A DNA stretch of 64,000 nt from Octopus bimaculoides (taxonomy: Eukaryota), in the NCBI RefSeq assembly GCF_001194135.2, contig NC_068988.1, positions 81,014,417-81,078,416 of the forward strand, given 5' to 3'. The translations under genes were made by a program, and so were the position numbers. Shown here piece after piece: positions 1 through 12,239 of the stretch; the first letter of the stretch is position 1, and the number at the start of each line of letters is the position of its first letter. The notes under the pieces were generated by a model. That model saw only the letters and a list, made by a program, of their open reading frames with translations. It searched no databases and was not told where the DNA came from.

Positions 1-34
1 TTTTTAAACATTTTTATTTATTATTTCATCATAG

Positions 35-177
35 GAGGAAGAGCAACAACCATTATTCACTTCTGGGTTTCTGAGACTGATGAGAGGATGTTATCACCAG
101 ATCAGAGACTGCTCAGAACGAACTTTACTGAAGGCATCCCAGGGCTGGGTGATGGTGTAAACCAGGCATTGGATTAA
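35..177 (+). CDS. Candidate terminal coding exon of an unidentified upstream gene (GRATTIIHFWVSETDERMLSPDQRLLRTNFTEGIPGLGDGVNQALD*)
   Basis: T-rich tract ending in ATAG at 31-34, then an open frame to TAA at 175-177 with higher GC than the flanks. A second frame is also open, to TAA at 158-160. No family recognised. Confidence 0.3.
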
Positions 178-429
178 GCCTATCTCTCAATCAGCCAGAT
201 GCATAACAATTATCTTAATTTTTAGGTTATAATGAGTTAGATTAAAAGAAATATCAATAGGTTGGGGGAAAAAATTACATGAGCTGATGAAACAAGACTT
301 CAGAGAAGATAGAAGTTAGTTACCTCCTTCTACTATACTCATTCTCTCCTTCTCCACAACCACTAGCACTATCGCTGATACCACTATCACCATCATTAGC
401 CTTTGAGCCTAATGTAGGCACAAGGTTAG

Positions 430-640
430 CAATTTTGAGGAGTGAAGGGTCAATTGATCCCATTTACCTCACTATTTTACTGGTACTTTCTTTTATCGAT
501 CCCTGTGAGATAAAAGGTAAAGTTGACTTCAGCAAGGGTTGAACTCAGAAAATAAAGAGCCAAAGCAAGTATTGCAATCTATTATACTCAACATTCAAAC
601 AATTCTGCCAATCCATCTACCTTTGATCATGTTTAAATAT
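430..640 (-). mobile_element. Degenerate SINE (family with the gagttcaaat...ctttcatcct...aagtaccag core)
   Basis: Reverse complement resembles the + strand copies at 21783-21980 and 58605-58800. Confidence 0.65.
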
Positions 641-665
641 TACAAATGACTCTCGTGCAAATATA

Positions 666-860
666 TACGAGATGCATTCCAGACGTTTTCAGAAGAAGCA
701 TTTATTAATTTCAAAGAAGTACAAAATTCAATCTCCTTCAAAGTAAGATTCTCTGACTCAATGCACTTGTAGCACGCAAGCCACTTCATGAAGGCTGCAT
801 GGAATCCTCCAAAGTGAAGATGTTTAGGAACCTTGTTACAGCCTCCATCTTCTCAATGTC
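666..860 (-). mobile_element. Mariner transposon 3' end (transposase C-terminus plus TIR remnant)
   Basis: Minus-strand translation with two frameshifts gives EKMEAVTRFLNIFTLED/FHAAFMKWLACYKCIESE/SYFEGD*, a typical mariner C-terminus. The TACGAG terminus is at 666. Confidence 0.7.
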
Positions 861-1569
861 TTTTGTTGCCCATCCTTGCCAAGTAGTTGGTTACCACTGG
901 ATAGAATTGAGATAAGCAATATTTAGTAGGGTGTGTTCAAAGTGCTGTTACAACCATCTCTTTCAATCAGGAATAACAAAAGTGGCAGGTCAGCTTATTA
1001 GATGTATAGTAATAATATAGTAAAATTACAATAATCAAAGTCAGTTGTAACTGCTTCTCCTAAAAAAAGTTTAAAAACTGCTGGAATGCTCCTTGTATGT
1101 GGTTAAAAACAATGCTTAGGTGAACCTCTATTTCCACCCCGGGTAACAGGGTGGGTGGTTAAATATTCATAAGTTTTTGTAATAATAAATGTCCAGGTTC
1201 AGCTCTACAGCATGAGTCTTCATATAAACCTATACCTTGTGAATGAAACTAGATAGGTTGGTGGAAACTATACAGGGAAGCCCATCAGATGCATTGTATC
1301 TGTAATTCAAAGGGGACCAACCGGATCACACAGTATTACACTGATTCTGCTTGAGAATCCTGTTAATAGTACACATGTCTGTGAAATACTCAGCCACTTA
1401 CACACGGATTCAGGAGCAAGTAAATCAGTTGTTCAAATGACATGGATTGAAATGTAGATGGATCTCCGTTGGTTTTGATGATGAACCATTTACATTTCAA
1501 ACCATGCTATTGGTTTATTTTGGTTATTTCCCTTTTTTTCCATACTTTGTTTATTTCACACTTACATTG

Positions 1570-1855
1570 ACATGCTTCCAGTTGATCCGATCGACGGAAT
1601 AGCATGCTCACAAAATTAACGTGCAAGTAGCTGAGCACTCTACAGACATGCATACCCTTCATGTAGTTCCCAGGGAGAATTAGAGTGACACAGAATGTGA
1701 TAAGGCTGGCCCTTTGAATTACAGGTACTACTCATTTTTACCAGCTGAGTGGACTGGAGCAACATGAAATAAAGTGTCTTGTGTATGGACACAACGTGCC
1801 ACTGGTTTTTGAACTCACGATTGTGAGCCAAATCTCCCAACCACAAAGCCACAGC
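1570..1855 (-). mobile_element. tRNA-derived SINE sharing its 3' half with the SINE at 63394
   Basis: 1575-1725 is the reverse complement of the tail at 63590-63745 (ctgtaattcaaaggg.cagcctt.tcac...gagtgctcagc.acttgcac.ttaa...gatcaactggaa). The 5' part differs. Confidence 0.75.
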
Positions 1856-2260
1856 TTTCGCAAAGAGAAGAAAAAAAAAAACAATGGATAATATAGTCTT
1901 ACAAAAAAATGTGGTAAATTTTGGGAAGTGCACCTGCATGTATTTCAAAAAGGTAATGAAAACCTCAGACATTTTATGTGGCATCAAGTACCCTGACCTC
2001 CAAATGTGCCACAAACCTCTTATTTTTGTTCAGAAAAATGTGGTGGAGAAACTAACCCCCACCCCTACCCCAGAACTATTGGAAATTTTTTTTTCATTGA
2101 ATGGATTACGGTGACCTCTTAATGTGCCACAAAATACCCTTTTTTGTTTGGAAACTGAGGGGTAGGGGGTGGAACATTTGGAAATTTCACCCCACCATTT
2201 TCAAATTTGTTTTGCTGTTTCTTTCTTTACACATATTTTTAGATAACATTTTCAAAAATA

Positions 2261-2590
2261 CGTTTTCAACTGGAGTCGTTCTTCATTTCTTATAACATTT
2301 AGTCGGCCCAGAGCAAACTCCACATCGTTCTTACTGGCATTCCTTCTCAGCTCGCACTTTCAGTGCAAGATATGATTACAGGAACCCCACCGGATATGGT
2401 TTACAAAACCTTCAAAGCCGAGGTTTTATGGTGTAGCTCTCTCTTGGCTGAGATTAAATTTCGCACACTCTTGCAGGATGACCGTCTTGGGGACCAAACC
2501 CCCAATCAGTTTTTACGATGAATCCGAGAGTTGTCTGATAGCTCATGAGGGACAGGCATTTGTCAAACAACTATTTTTCTTGCAGAGATT
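2261..2590 (+). pseudogene. Gypsy/Ty3 LTR-retrotransposon gag relic
   Basis: Frame from 2261 reads RFQLESFFISYNI*SAQSKLHIVLTGIPSQLALSVQDMITGTPPDMVYKTFKAEVL...LLQDDRLGDQTPNQFLR*IRELSDS, then QLFFLQR after a frameshift. This matches the invertebrate Gypsy gag pattern (F.QLE..F ... LGD..P.Q.LR ... LFLQRL). It has in-frame stops. Confidence 0.75.
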
Positions 2591-2777
2591 TTACTGTAAT
2601 CTTTATTTTATTTTTATTTTGTTCTATTTGGGATATCATGTTTGTGTGGTACTTGTATATTATTCTAGCTATAAGCAAAATATTTTCAGGATTTTATGAT
2701 TAGAATATTATTTTGTGTGTAGATTTTACTGTAATCTTTATTTTATTTTTATTTTGTTCTATTTGGGATGTCATGTT
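2587..2777 (+). repeat. Local direct duplication of about 55 bp
   Basis: agattttactgtaatctttattttatttttattttgttctatttgggat.tcatgtt occurs at about 2587 and again at 2721. Confidence 0.85.
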
Positions 2778-3252
2778 CATGTATTTTTACAAAGTGTAAC
2801 TGTGCAATAAAATGTTATTGGCCAAGAACCTTCTTGACGAAACACATGAAGATAAAAATCACTGCTGAGCTGAACTGGAGTATTGTAGTACAGAAGTGAT
2901 TCCGGAAATTTCTGGTGGGAGTGGGTGGGTCTGAGGTCTGCTTCATTGCAATTGATCAATGAAATGACAGTGTAGTTTGTTCAGAGATACTGAAAAAATT
3001 AATTTTTATACTGAACCATTCAAGGGTTGTTTGTTACTGGTACAAAAATATGTTTTCCACATTTAAACAAAACAGTCAAATTTGAAAAGTTTTTTAGTGG
3101 GTTGGGGTGTATCTCCATATCCCCCCTCCCACTCTGAATCCATCCTTGTTGTAGTGTAGTTTCAGCATTACAGTGGCTGCATGACAGTGGGCGTAAATTT
3201 ACCATACCATGTACTGACGGTCCCACAAAACATTGGTAAGGTAGGTGAGTGC

Positions 3253-3338
3253 GATGGAGGTAAAGAATACGCACACTACCCGTTTTCGGCGTAACCGTAA
3301 CCCTAAACACCGGGTGTGCGTATTCTTTACCTTCGCCG
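3253..3338. mobile_element. 86-bp foldback/MITE with 9-bp flanking direct repeat (Mutator-like)
   Basis: Perfect 18-bp inverted repeat GGTAAAGAATACGCACAC (3260-3277 / 3315-3332), internal TAACCG-TAACCC-TAA, and GGTGAGTGC direct repeat at 3244-3252 and 3339-3347. Confidence 0.65.
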
Positions 3339-5639
3339 GTGAGTGCTGCCTTCTGTTAATTTTACAGAGGCGAATGGGGTGGGGGGTCACAACTGGAGAC
3401 AGTCACGGTTAGCCAACGCAAGGGATAGCGCAAATAAGTGTTAGACAAACAACCAAAGTAAATGCTAGCAACATTTTAAGTGGCGTGCTGGAGGTTACAT
3501 CGATGTTTTTGTTTTTTTCCATTGCAAGGACAAATTTTTGTATATTCGGAATCTACATAATAAATGATATATGCATAGAAAATTTCATTAAAAAATATTC
3601 ATTTTTCTGAAAGTTATGACCTTCCAAANNNNNNNNNNGGGGGGGGGGGGTAGAACTCTGTAGTTATGCCGTGTCGGGACCTTATTTTATGGTTATTTTT
3701 TTTCCCCAAAAAATTAAGGTGCGTCCTCGAGGACGAAGTGTTTTCGACGCCGGGAAATACGGTAATTCAAAATCGGCTTTCATGCATCTGCGAGTAATGA
3801 TCGATTATTATTATTATTGCATCGATCTTTTATGTCTGCAACATAAACAAGAGGAAAAAAAAATTCAGCCATTTCGTATTTCATTACAATAATAAGAGCT
3901 TTCTAAATAATAATGGAGCTTCTACATGGTCATTCGAGCTGTTGAAAATAACTACACCCTACCGTCTTAAAAAAGAAAGTGCACTTTGATTAATGTAGTC
4001 CGTGAGAAGGATTGATGGTCATGGCTAGCATACCTTTACTCATCAATCTGATCAGTCAATGCCGACCTATGACTAAACAACTTTCTATATAATTTATGTT
4101 TTCTTTACCATTTTTTACTGATTACCTTTTGTTGTGCTCTTTTTCGACAAATTCAATTATTACGTTTCTGCGGTATCTTATTATTGTAGAAGAAAAGCAA
4201 ACGGTTTTTCATTTACAATTAAATTAAAGGTTTGAACAAGAATCAACTAAATGTTATTCATAATTATTAGTAATAAATTAAATGAAAAGATGGTGCTATA
4301 TGATGCGACAGTTGCGAAGTTGATGTCTAACTCAGTAGACCTGTGATTAAAAATGTTCCAGGTGTGACTAACCCGTGCCTTTCTCAAGCAAAATATACAA
4401 AGCATCCAGAATACCATAATCTACTGTGTCCTTTTAAAATCATAGGATGTGGTATGAGAGAGATTTGGCTCTCTAAAAAAAACAAAAAAAAAAGCCCGAA
4501 CGATCGCGTCACTCCCTTCAATTCATCGTTTTTGTCCCAATCTGTACACATATTTCTTTTCGTGTCAGTTTTACAAAAATATTTTAATACAAGCTTTAAT
4601 ATTTAGAAAATATATAAGCAAACTTTTGATTTTTGTATAAAAGGAAATACATGCAAACTTCTAACGAGCCTGAATAACTGAAAAATGTTTCTCTAAACTA
4701 AATTAGTGCAGGATAATTCTTAATTGTGAAAGTAGGCGGTGTTTAATGCATGATTTTTTTTTGTTTTTGTTTACAGAAATAAATTATTGAAACCTTTTTT
4801 CGTTGGCAATTAATATATTCTAATCGTGGAAAGACTTCCTTTTGTACCCTCACCCACCCCTTTATTTTTATTTTATTTTATTTTTACAGAAACCCCCGTT
4901 TTCGGGTACGGAAAAAGAAGTCTTTTTCTAATCGTTAAGCTGCAAACCGTCACGCATAGTTCAAATCCCACCGTAGTTAATTGTTGCTTTCATTGTTGCA
5001 GAGGCCTATAAAATAAAGTATGTCAGGAACTGGCCCGGAGCCTGTTAATCGGTTAAAGCGGTCCCCAAATTGTGACAGTTAGTGCCTATACACATGACCT
5101 CCAGTCGAAAAGCTATAACTCTATTAGAAACAGAATTTTTGTTTAACCAAAAGAATTAAAAAAGGAAAAAAGTAATGACGATAAGGTTTTATAAAATATA
5201 ATCATTGTGATGGATGATAAGAAACGACGAATTGCCCGACATGTATAAAAGTTAAGAAATCATTAATGCACGAAGCTAGTAATCAGAGATTACCTATTCA
5301 GTCCTTTGGTTAAGAAAATTAAGGTTTCTATATTCAGACAGGAATAAAAAAAATGCTAATTTCAGCCAGTGAAGTCAAATAACTGAAGTTCAAGGAAGTA
5401 TTGAGTGCTTTATTAGAAGTAATGTAGCACAAGAGAATCCACGACCTAGTCTTCGGCAACGCGATAGAGCTAATATTTTATTTAGTCTAAACACGGTTTA
5501 TTCTGAGCTTTATAATCGACCTTAGTATGCTGCTCATACAGAAATAACAGCCGAATACTCCTCACGTCAAAAGTAGAGCATCTTAGATCATATGGCTACC
5601 TGATCATTGACGACCTGGAACTAAATAAAGAGGGGGGCT

Positions 5640-5822
5640 CTGTTGTCAGTTGACATGTTAGAAATAGCAGCCAAATCTCCCTCAAATCGTCACGTTAGTC
5701 TTAATACACTACATTAGTTAATGTGGCCGTCTTGCATATCCCTTAAAAGACAGAAAGGTCTCAGTCGGATTACTTTCGATTACAGGTCTGCTGAAGCAGA
5801 GCTGATCTCGAGCTAAACAACA
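5640..5822 (+). mobile_element. Dispersed repeat (SINE-tail-like family)
   Basis: Motif tagaaatagcagccaaatctccctcaaatc...ggtctgct...gctaaacaac recurs, degenerate, at about 3915-4080, 9890-10240 and 29460-29830. Confidence 0.65.
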
Positions 5823-7929
5823 CGTATGGTAAGATTTGAACTCAAAATGTAAACACGTCTCTTTACTTTAAGGTCGACGCTCGACCGTATAAATAAACAG
5901 CGAGTTCTAAATATTAAGAGAGAAATATAAATAGAAAATTTCAAGCTGTAGTTGTTTTTAGTTACTTATTAGAATTGTAAATTGGAAGAAACACATTAAT
6001 CAGTTTTCTTTATAAAGATAATTGAATTCCTAAATATTAGTGAGATTCATTTGAACGGAAATTTAATAGCAAAGATTAATAAATATTTCCCTTTCACCTG
6101 ATAATTATTATAGTGCGAATTTCTACATATGGGAATATCCAGCTTTCAGGACTTGAAAATTTAAGTTATGGTTAATTTGCGCGCACGCACGCACACACAC
6201 ATACACACACAGAGTTTCATTCCTATATACGGTTGTAGTATGGAGCTGGCAAAAATGCTTAGAGTGAATGACCGTACTCAAAGTATACGCCTGTCGATCA
6301 GAGAGCAGGAGAGAGAGGGTTCATATTCTAGGTGGTCAGGGTAATCCTGGATTTGTGGGGTTCCTTCATTCGCCCTAGTTGGAGTTTCTCCTGTATCAGG
6401 GGGACTACATCATTCATGACATTACATACTTTGTATGTTATGTTTACTGTTATCGCATTTCACTGTCTTTTACATTTCTTTCTTTCTATCCTTTATGTAA
6501 ACACCCGCACAAATTGTCTTTGTGATGTCACCGTCATCTATGCCTCTGTGACTAATAAAAGAAATTGTTATCATTATTTAATTACTATTATTATATGACT
6601 TAATTAGAGTATCGGTAGTGATCATGAGCTTTATTTGAGACTGATATCCTCAAACGAGAGAGAAAACTAGGGAGAAAGATATCCTCAAACTAGAGAGGGA
6701 TATGACTAAATGCATGTAACGATATGATCCCACTTTCCACAAGGCGACATACTAAGATTCAAAACGTTCTGTGGCCAGGCCATGCAACCCACACTGTATG
6801 ACTATCAATTTAACATTATATAATATCTATCCCACTATCTATGTATAATGGTGGGAGAATAGAAATAGCAGGAATAAGGTTTTTAAAAATTGTGTTAGAT
6901 ACACTGATTGCAGATGAAAGCTGCAACGTCGTAGATCACAGATCTGCTGAATTATTGCCAAGATGCCGGGTGGGGTTGAATAAAAATACGGAATATAAGA
7001 AGAAAAAGAACTGTTCAATATATAGTCGGAAAGATTAGTCCGTACATTTTAGACCATTTCAGCAAAAGGGAAAAAATGAAAAAAGAAAAGGTTTTAATAT
7101 AAATGTGTGTGTGCAGAAATGGCAGGCAAATAATGGTATACCAATTTGTCAGTATTATTTTAATGAATCTATTTTAATTCTATTTGATTATGATATAGAA
7201 ATAATCCTAATTCTTATTCTTTTATATGTTTCAGCCCTAATGCTGTGGCCATGCTGGAGCACACAGTTTTTTTACATTTAAACGAGTAAAATAAATAAAG
7301 AGTAAATGTATACGAATGAAGAGAAATAAGCCATTGTTGATATTTTAATGTAGCTTCTTGTCAGCTCTGAATGAACAAAGCATGATCAAAGGCATATTCC
7401 AGCCACCCTACCCTTTCCTCAAAGACTGTATATTGAGGATGACGTTGTTTTTTTTTTTTTTTCTTCAAGACGGTCGTGGGGGGAAAATAATTTGTTGAAT
7501 GCAAAATGTACAGTTTCTGATTCGTCATTGCACTCAAACACACAGTAAATAATTATATGTAAAAGATGGGGTATGTTTCGATGGTAACGTTTGTCAACAA
7601 CATCATCACCTGATCTCTATATAATAAACACAAACCCCTCCCTCTGACATCCATCTGACAATAACAGTCTCTCATTTTCCTGCTTACCGCCTCCACCTCC
7701 ACGTTTACTCAATTATAGAAGACCATTTATGATTGGTTTCTTATTAGACTGGTCTATTTAGGTCAACTTCTTATCAAACTTTCACTCTCTACTTACTCTG
7801 TTTCTTTCAAAACAATAATTACTTTCACCATTGATTTATGACTGTGTTGCAGTCAAGCAGAAATATTTTCTCGCAACCATAACAAATGTTGGCTATATTT
7901 CTTAAGAGATGTGTAATTATAAAAGTTTC

Positions 7930-8069
7930 TCAGTTGCTGCCAGCAAGCCATAGTTGAAGGCTGATGATTGGTTCATAAAGCGAGCACCTGCCCCCGCCGC
8001 CATCGTTACCGACACCGACTTCCTTCAATTAAGACTTGCTGCTGCTGTCCGTCACACAACAACTTTCAG
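7930..8069 (+). promoter_or_regulatory. Candidate core promoter and non-coding first exon of the PY-motif gene
   Basis: ATTGG (reverse CCAAT) at 7967, CATAAAG at 7974, GC box CCCCGCC at 7992, a CpG-rich stretch, then donor CAG|GTTTGT at 8069/8070 followed by T-rich intron-like sequence. The downstream coding exon starts at an acceptor (26443), so an upstream exon must exist. Confidence 0.45.
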
Positions 8070-9233
8070 GTTTGTAGAGTGGCTTTATTTATTTTTTAAT
8101 TTTTTTATTTATTCAATTTCAACCGAAAACTTTTTATTTTACCATCCTGACCAGTACCTCTTTATACATATGCAAACACACACAAATATATAATGTTATA
8201 TATAACAGAAAGTTATATATATGCATACATAATCATCTCCATCATCGTTACTGTGTGACTGAGTTTAAAGTTTGTTTACTAATTTCCAGAAAAAAAAATA
8301 TAGTAAACCATCTATTTTAAATTAGCTGCTGTATTCATTAGGTATATGAAATACATCAAAATTCCAATTTTTATGCAATCAACCCATTTTTCTAAACCAG
8401 CAAGTTTAAATATTCCTTCCCAGGCATTTTTTTCTTTTTACTTTCTATTTGTGAGAGAACGTCGTCATAAATGTCAGCTGTATAGTTTGCTCGGGGAGGT
8501 GTTTTCCTTATTCCTCCTCCTTTCTCTTGATGTGTATTTATCTGCCAGTTGCATCAATCAATTACACAGGGTTCAAAAAGGGTGCAAATATAAATAGATC
8601 ACACCACCTTTTCCTCCCGTTGTTGCTAAAATTTGTATCTCCATCCTTGGAAATTCGGTTTGTAATTCATTTTAATGTAAATTTATAGTATTACATTTTG
8701 AACGAATTGGGGATAATCGAAATGATTTTTGTTATTGTCATATAAATAAAGTGCGGAATTTCTTTCGGTTGATAAAAGAAGTTTTGAAAAAAGGAATCCC
8801 CTTGTTTGAGCCACTCATTATCGCAGGTTTAATTACCTTCTAATCTAATCATCAACGTGGAATGTAAAACTTTACTGATAAATTAAATAGGCAAAAATTA
8901 TTGGTGTTTATTCCGACTAAAAAAAAAAATTACTGGGGAGATAGCCAGACACAAAAATCTGCCCACAGTTGTAATTGAGTTTATTATAACCACCAACAAC
9001 TACTACATTCAAAACATTTCTGCCAGTTAGCAAACACCGTTACCCTCTTTCCAACTTGCTCCGGTTCCCCCGTTTATTTTCATCATTGACATAAAATCTA
9101 TTTATTGATGATTTAAATATCGTTGATAGGATTTTAATAACATGCCAGGGAAATTTATTTTAAATGGCATTACTGCAAAAAACAAACAAAAAAAAAAGGA
9201 AAGTCAATCATGATATGCATATGTGTGTGTATG

Positions 9234-9318
<85 letters not shown>

Positions 9319-12239
9319 TAACTGCCACAAATGCGTCACACTCTAAAATTGCGGTACCTTGCTTTCTAAATAAGTGGTACCGCATGGTTTTATAACGACA
9401 TTCAACTGTTGCATCACAGCTATTATATAAATTTGGAATTTGAAGGTTACGTTTGAAATATTTAAATGGTGAATTTATGTATTCAGGATTTTCCAAAATA
9501 TCTTTCTGTAGTTTTTAAAAAAAAATTTTATGATCTAGACGAAAGATCCTTTGGCTCACATTAGGCCCCCATCTTTGATTTTTAAGAAGTGATGGTAGGA
9601 AAAATCATTATAAGCAATGCTTATTTTCTACAGTATGAATTTGTCTTCTTACGTTCCATTTCACTTCATACTGGTCATTATAGCGTGAAGCTATCATAGA
9701 TCTAGACTTATCTTCAAAACCATGGATTTCTAAAGATAAGAGAATAAATGGTTATTAGGTCAACTTCAGGTAAAGGTCCCTAACTAAGTTTGGTATTCAC
9801 ACTTCATTGTTAAACTCCCTTTCCCAGCAACTTAGGTGACCCTCAAAAATTTCATTCCATCATCTCTGTCTTCTCTTAGTGAATAACTTGTCAAGACCTA
9901 CTACGTATACTTGAAATAGCAATCAAATCTTCTTCTAACCTGTCTGCTATAAGGAAAGGATGCATCAGATAATATAGCCTTGTATACTCCTATATAAGGT
10001 TGGAATACTTTTGAATATAGATTGGCTTGGTCAGGACTGACTAAATAACAGCTCAGTGAAATACATAGCATCTATGTGATTGTTTGGCTCGCTAGAAATA
10101 ACCACTAGTTCTCATTTTAATTAAATCCTACCACCTTGAAAAAAGTGGGGGCCATTAGATAACATAGAGAAGTACAGGAAGGCCATGGCTATCCTTGATC
10201 ATAGGTCTTTTCAGTCGGGGTCAACACATGATATGGCCTTCCATTTCCTTCATATATTTTAGAATTCTCTGTTATATATATGCTGATTCAGTATTCCACT
10301 GTATAATCCCAATGGTAATGTGGAGGTCATTCCCCTCCTATTTTTATTGAAGCAACTGTAAAGGGTTGCTATTTAAAAATATAACTGAGGGCATAAAAAT
10401 AGTTTCTTTAGCCATTATCATTTCTAGTCACAGAAAAGTCTTTGATTTATTGTTGCATAGATCTTGTGGAACTTTAGCATGGTAATACATGCTACACATG
10501 GAACTGAACTGAAGGCATTAAAAGAAGCTGAAAAGGAGTTTTGTGTTAATCAGTCAGGGAAGGACAGGATAAATTAGCATTTATGTAAAACTATGTTTCT
10601 CCTAATTAAATTCCAAAATAGAAATATATTTTTCAAAGGTAACTCACACCTCATCCCTTATTTTTGATGAACAACTTTCAACTTAAAGAACCTTCCTTAC
10701 TGAATATATTAGGATTCACTATCCATTTCTTTAAAAGGTATATCACACCTCATTCCCTAACTATGAACAGTTTTTCAGTCCTTATTATCAAATATACTAG
10801 GGTTCACTTTCTCCAGATATCTCTCTTGGAAGAATTATATATATATATGATGTTTGCTATTTGGCAAAGTGACACCCATACATAATTTCAGTTACTTCAT
10901 CTCATCAGTAAAATGGATCATCTCAGTTCTGCTTTGATTAGTAGACTGGGGTACTATCCATGTGTTAGAAAAGATATAGCTGACAACATTGAAATGGAGA
11001 AATCGTTGTTTTTTTTGCAAAATAATCAGTAATAGAAAATTTGTTAGGGCTATCATTCATTCATGTAGTGTTTAAAAAGCATTTAATTGATATTATTTAT
11101 CAAAACTCTTTAGACATTTCCCAATCAACAGGGTATTAATTTATATAGTTGATTTTTTTTCTTTTCTTTTTGTGAGAGTGAGGACCAGCAAGAACAGCAT
11201 GTATGTTCATAATTTTGCCACTTAACCACATCTATCATTTGAAATATGTTTTATAATTAATTTGACTAGAAGTTAACATGTAAAAGAATAATTAAATTCT
11301 CATCTGACCTTCAATGCCATCTGAAAATACAAATCTGATTTTTTTTTTTTCTTTTAGAAGCTTTCATTAAATTATTTTATAGTGTTCTGATAATTAAAAG
11401 AGAGATAGAAATTCTAGGAAGTATTTCTGCATTAAAAGTGCAAAATACTGAGTTGGTAGCTGCACCAGTTTTATTCTTGTCAGTACAGAAAAACAAAATT
11501 AGAAGTGTATTTAAAGAATTCTTATGAATACCACCTGTGCAAGTAGTTGAAAAACAAATGGCAGAGAAAGCACTGTAGTGTATGCGAGAGAGATTGTTGT
11601 TAGGTTCAATTTGAAGCTACTTTTAGACATTGTTTTTCATTTATAATTGTAAATTGTCCAAACAATTTATTAGTCTAGTGAGTTTGTAATTTTTAAGCTG
11701 TGCTTAGTCAGAAAGAAACTATTATTGCCTCATGCTTAAATTATACCATTTCTTTTTTCCAAGAGAAAGAGCAGTTTTAATGTCTTGTATAGTGGGATTT
11801 TAAAAAAATGTATCTCCTTCTTTTTAGAAGGTGCTGTGGTTTGGTGAAGTTTATCCTACTTTATTGTCAAGTGGTTTATAATACTTATCAATTTTGCAAT
11901 GCCTCTCTTATAGAATGAAATGTATACATCACTCTTAATATATTTACTATGTGACCATGTAGACTGCACTATTTGTCTTTTGAAGGTATATAAGGAGGCG
12001 GACATTTAGCTTTCTAGATATCTTTTGAAATTTTATTTTCCAACTCTAGCAAGATTTGAATAGCAGACCAGGACTATATCTTCCTCAGTGAATTTTGTCT
12101 GACCCAGACAGGTATGGAAAAATGGATGTTCAATGATGATGATGATATGGGATTATGATACAAGACTGTTGATATTCAGTATATAGAGAAATACAGTCTT
12201 TTGAACAATTGTAGCCTATTAATAACTTGGTTATTAAAT

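Noticed and set aside
1640-2014. 124-aa minus-strand ORF
   Set aside because: It overlaps a SINE and low-complexity repeats and has no protein-like signature or splice context.
1900-2210. Short repeated and inverted G/C-run motifs (aatgtgccacaaa twice; ccacccctacccc vs ggggtagggggtgg), possible G-quadruplex or MITE
   Set aside because: There are too few G-runs for a confident G4 and no definable termini or TSD.
6280-6600. LTR-like or LINE-tail-like segment ending in AATAAA and (ATT)n
   Set aside because: No TG..CA ends, TSD or coding remnant could be identified.
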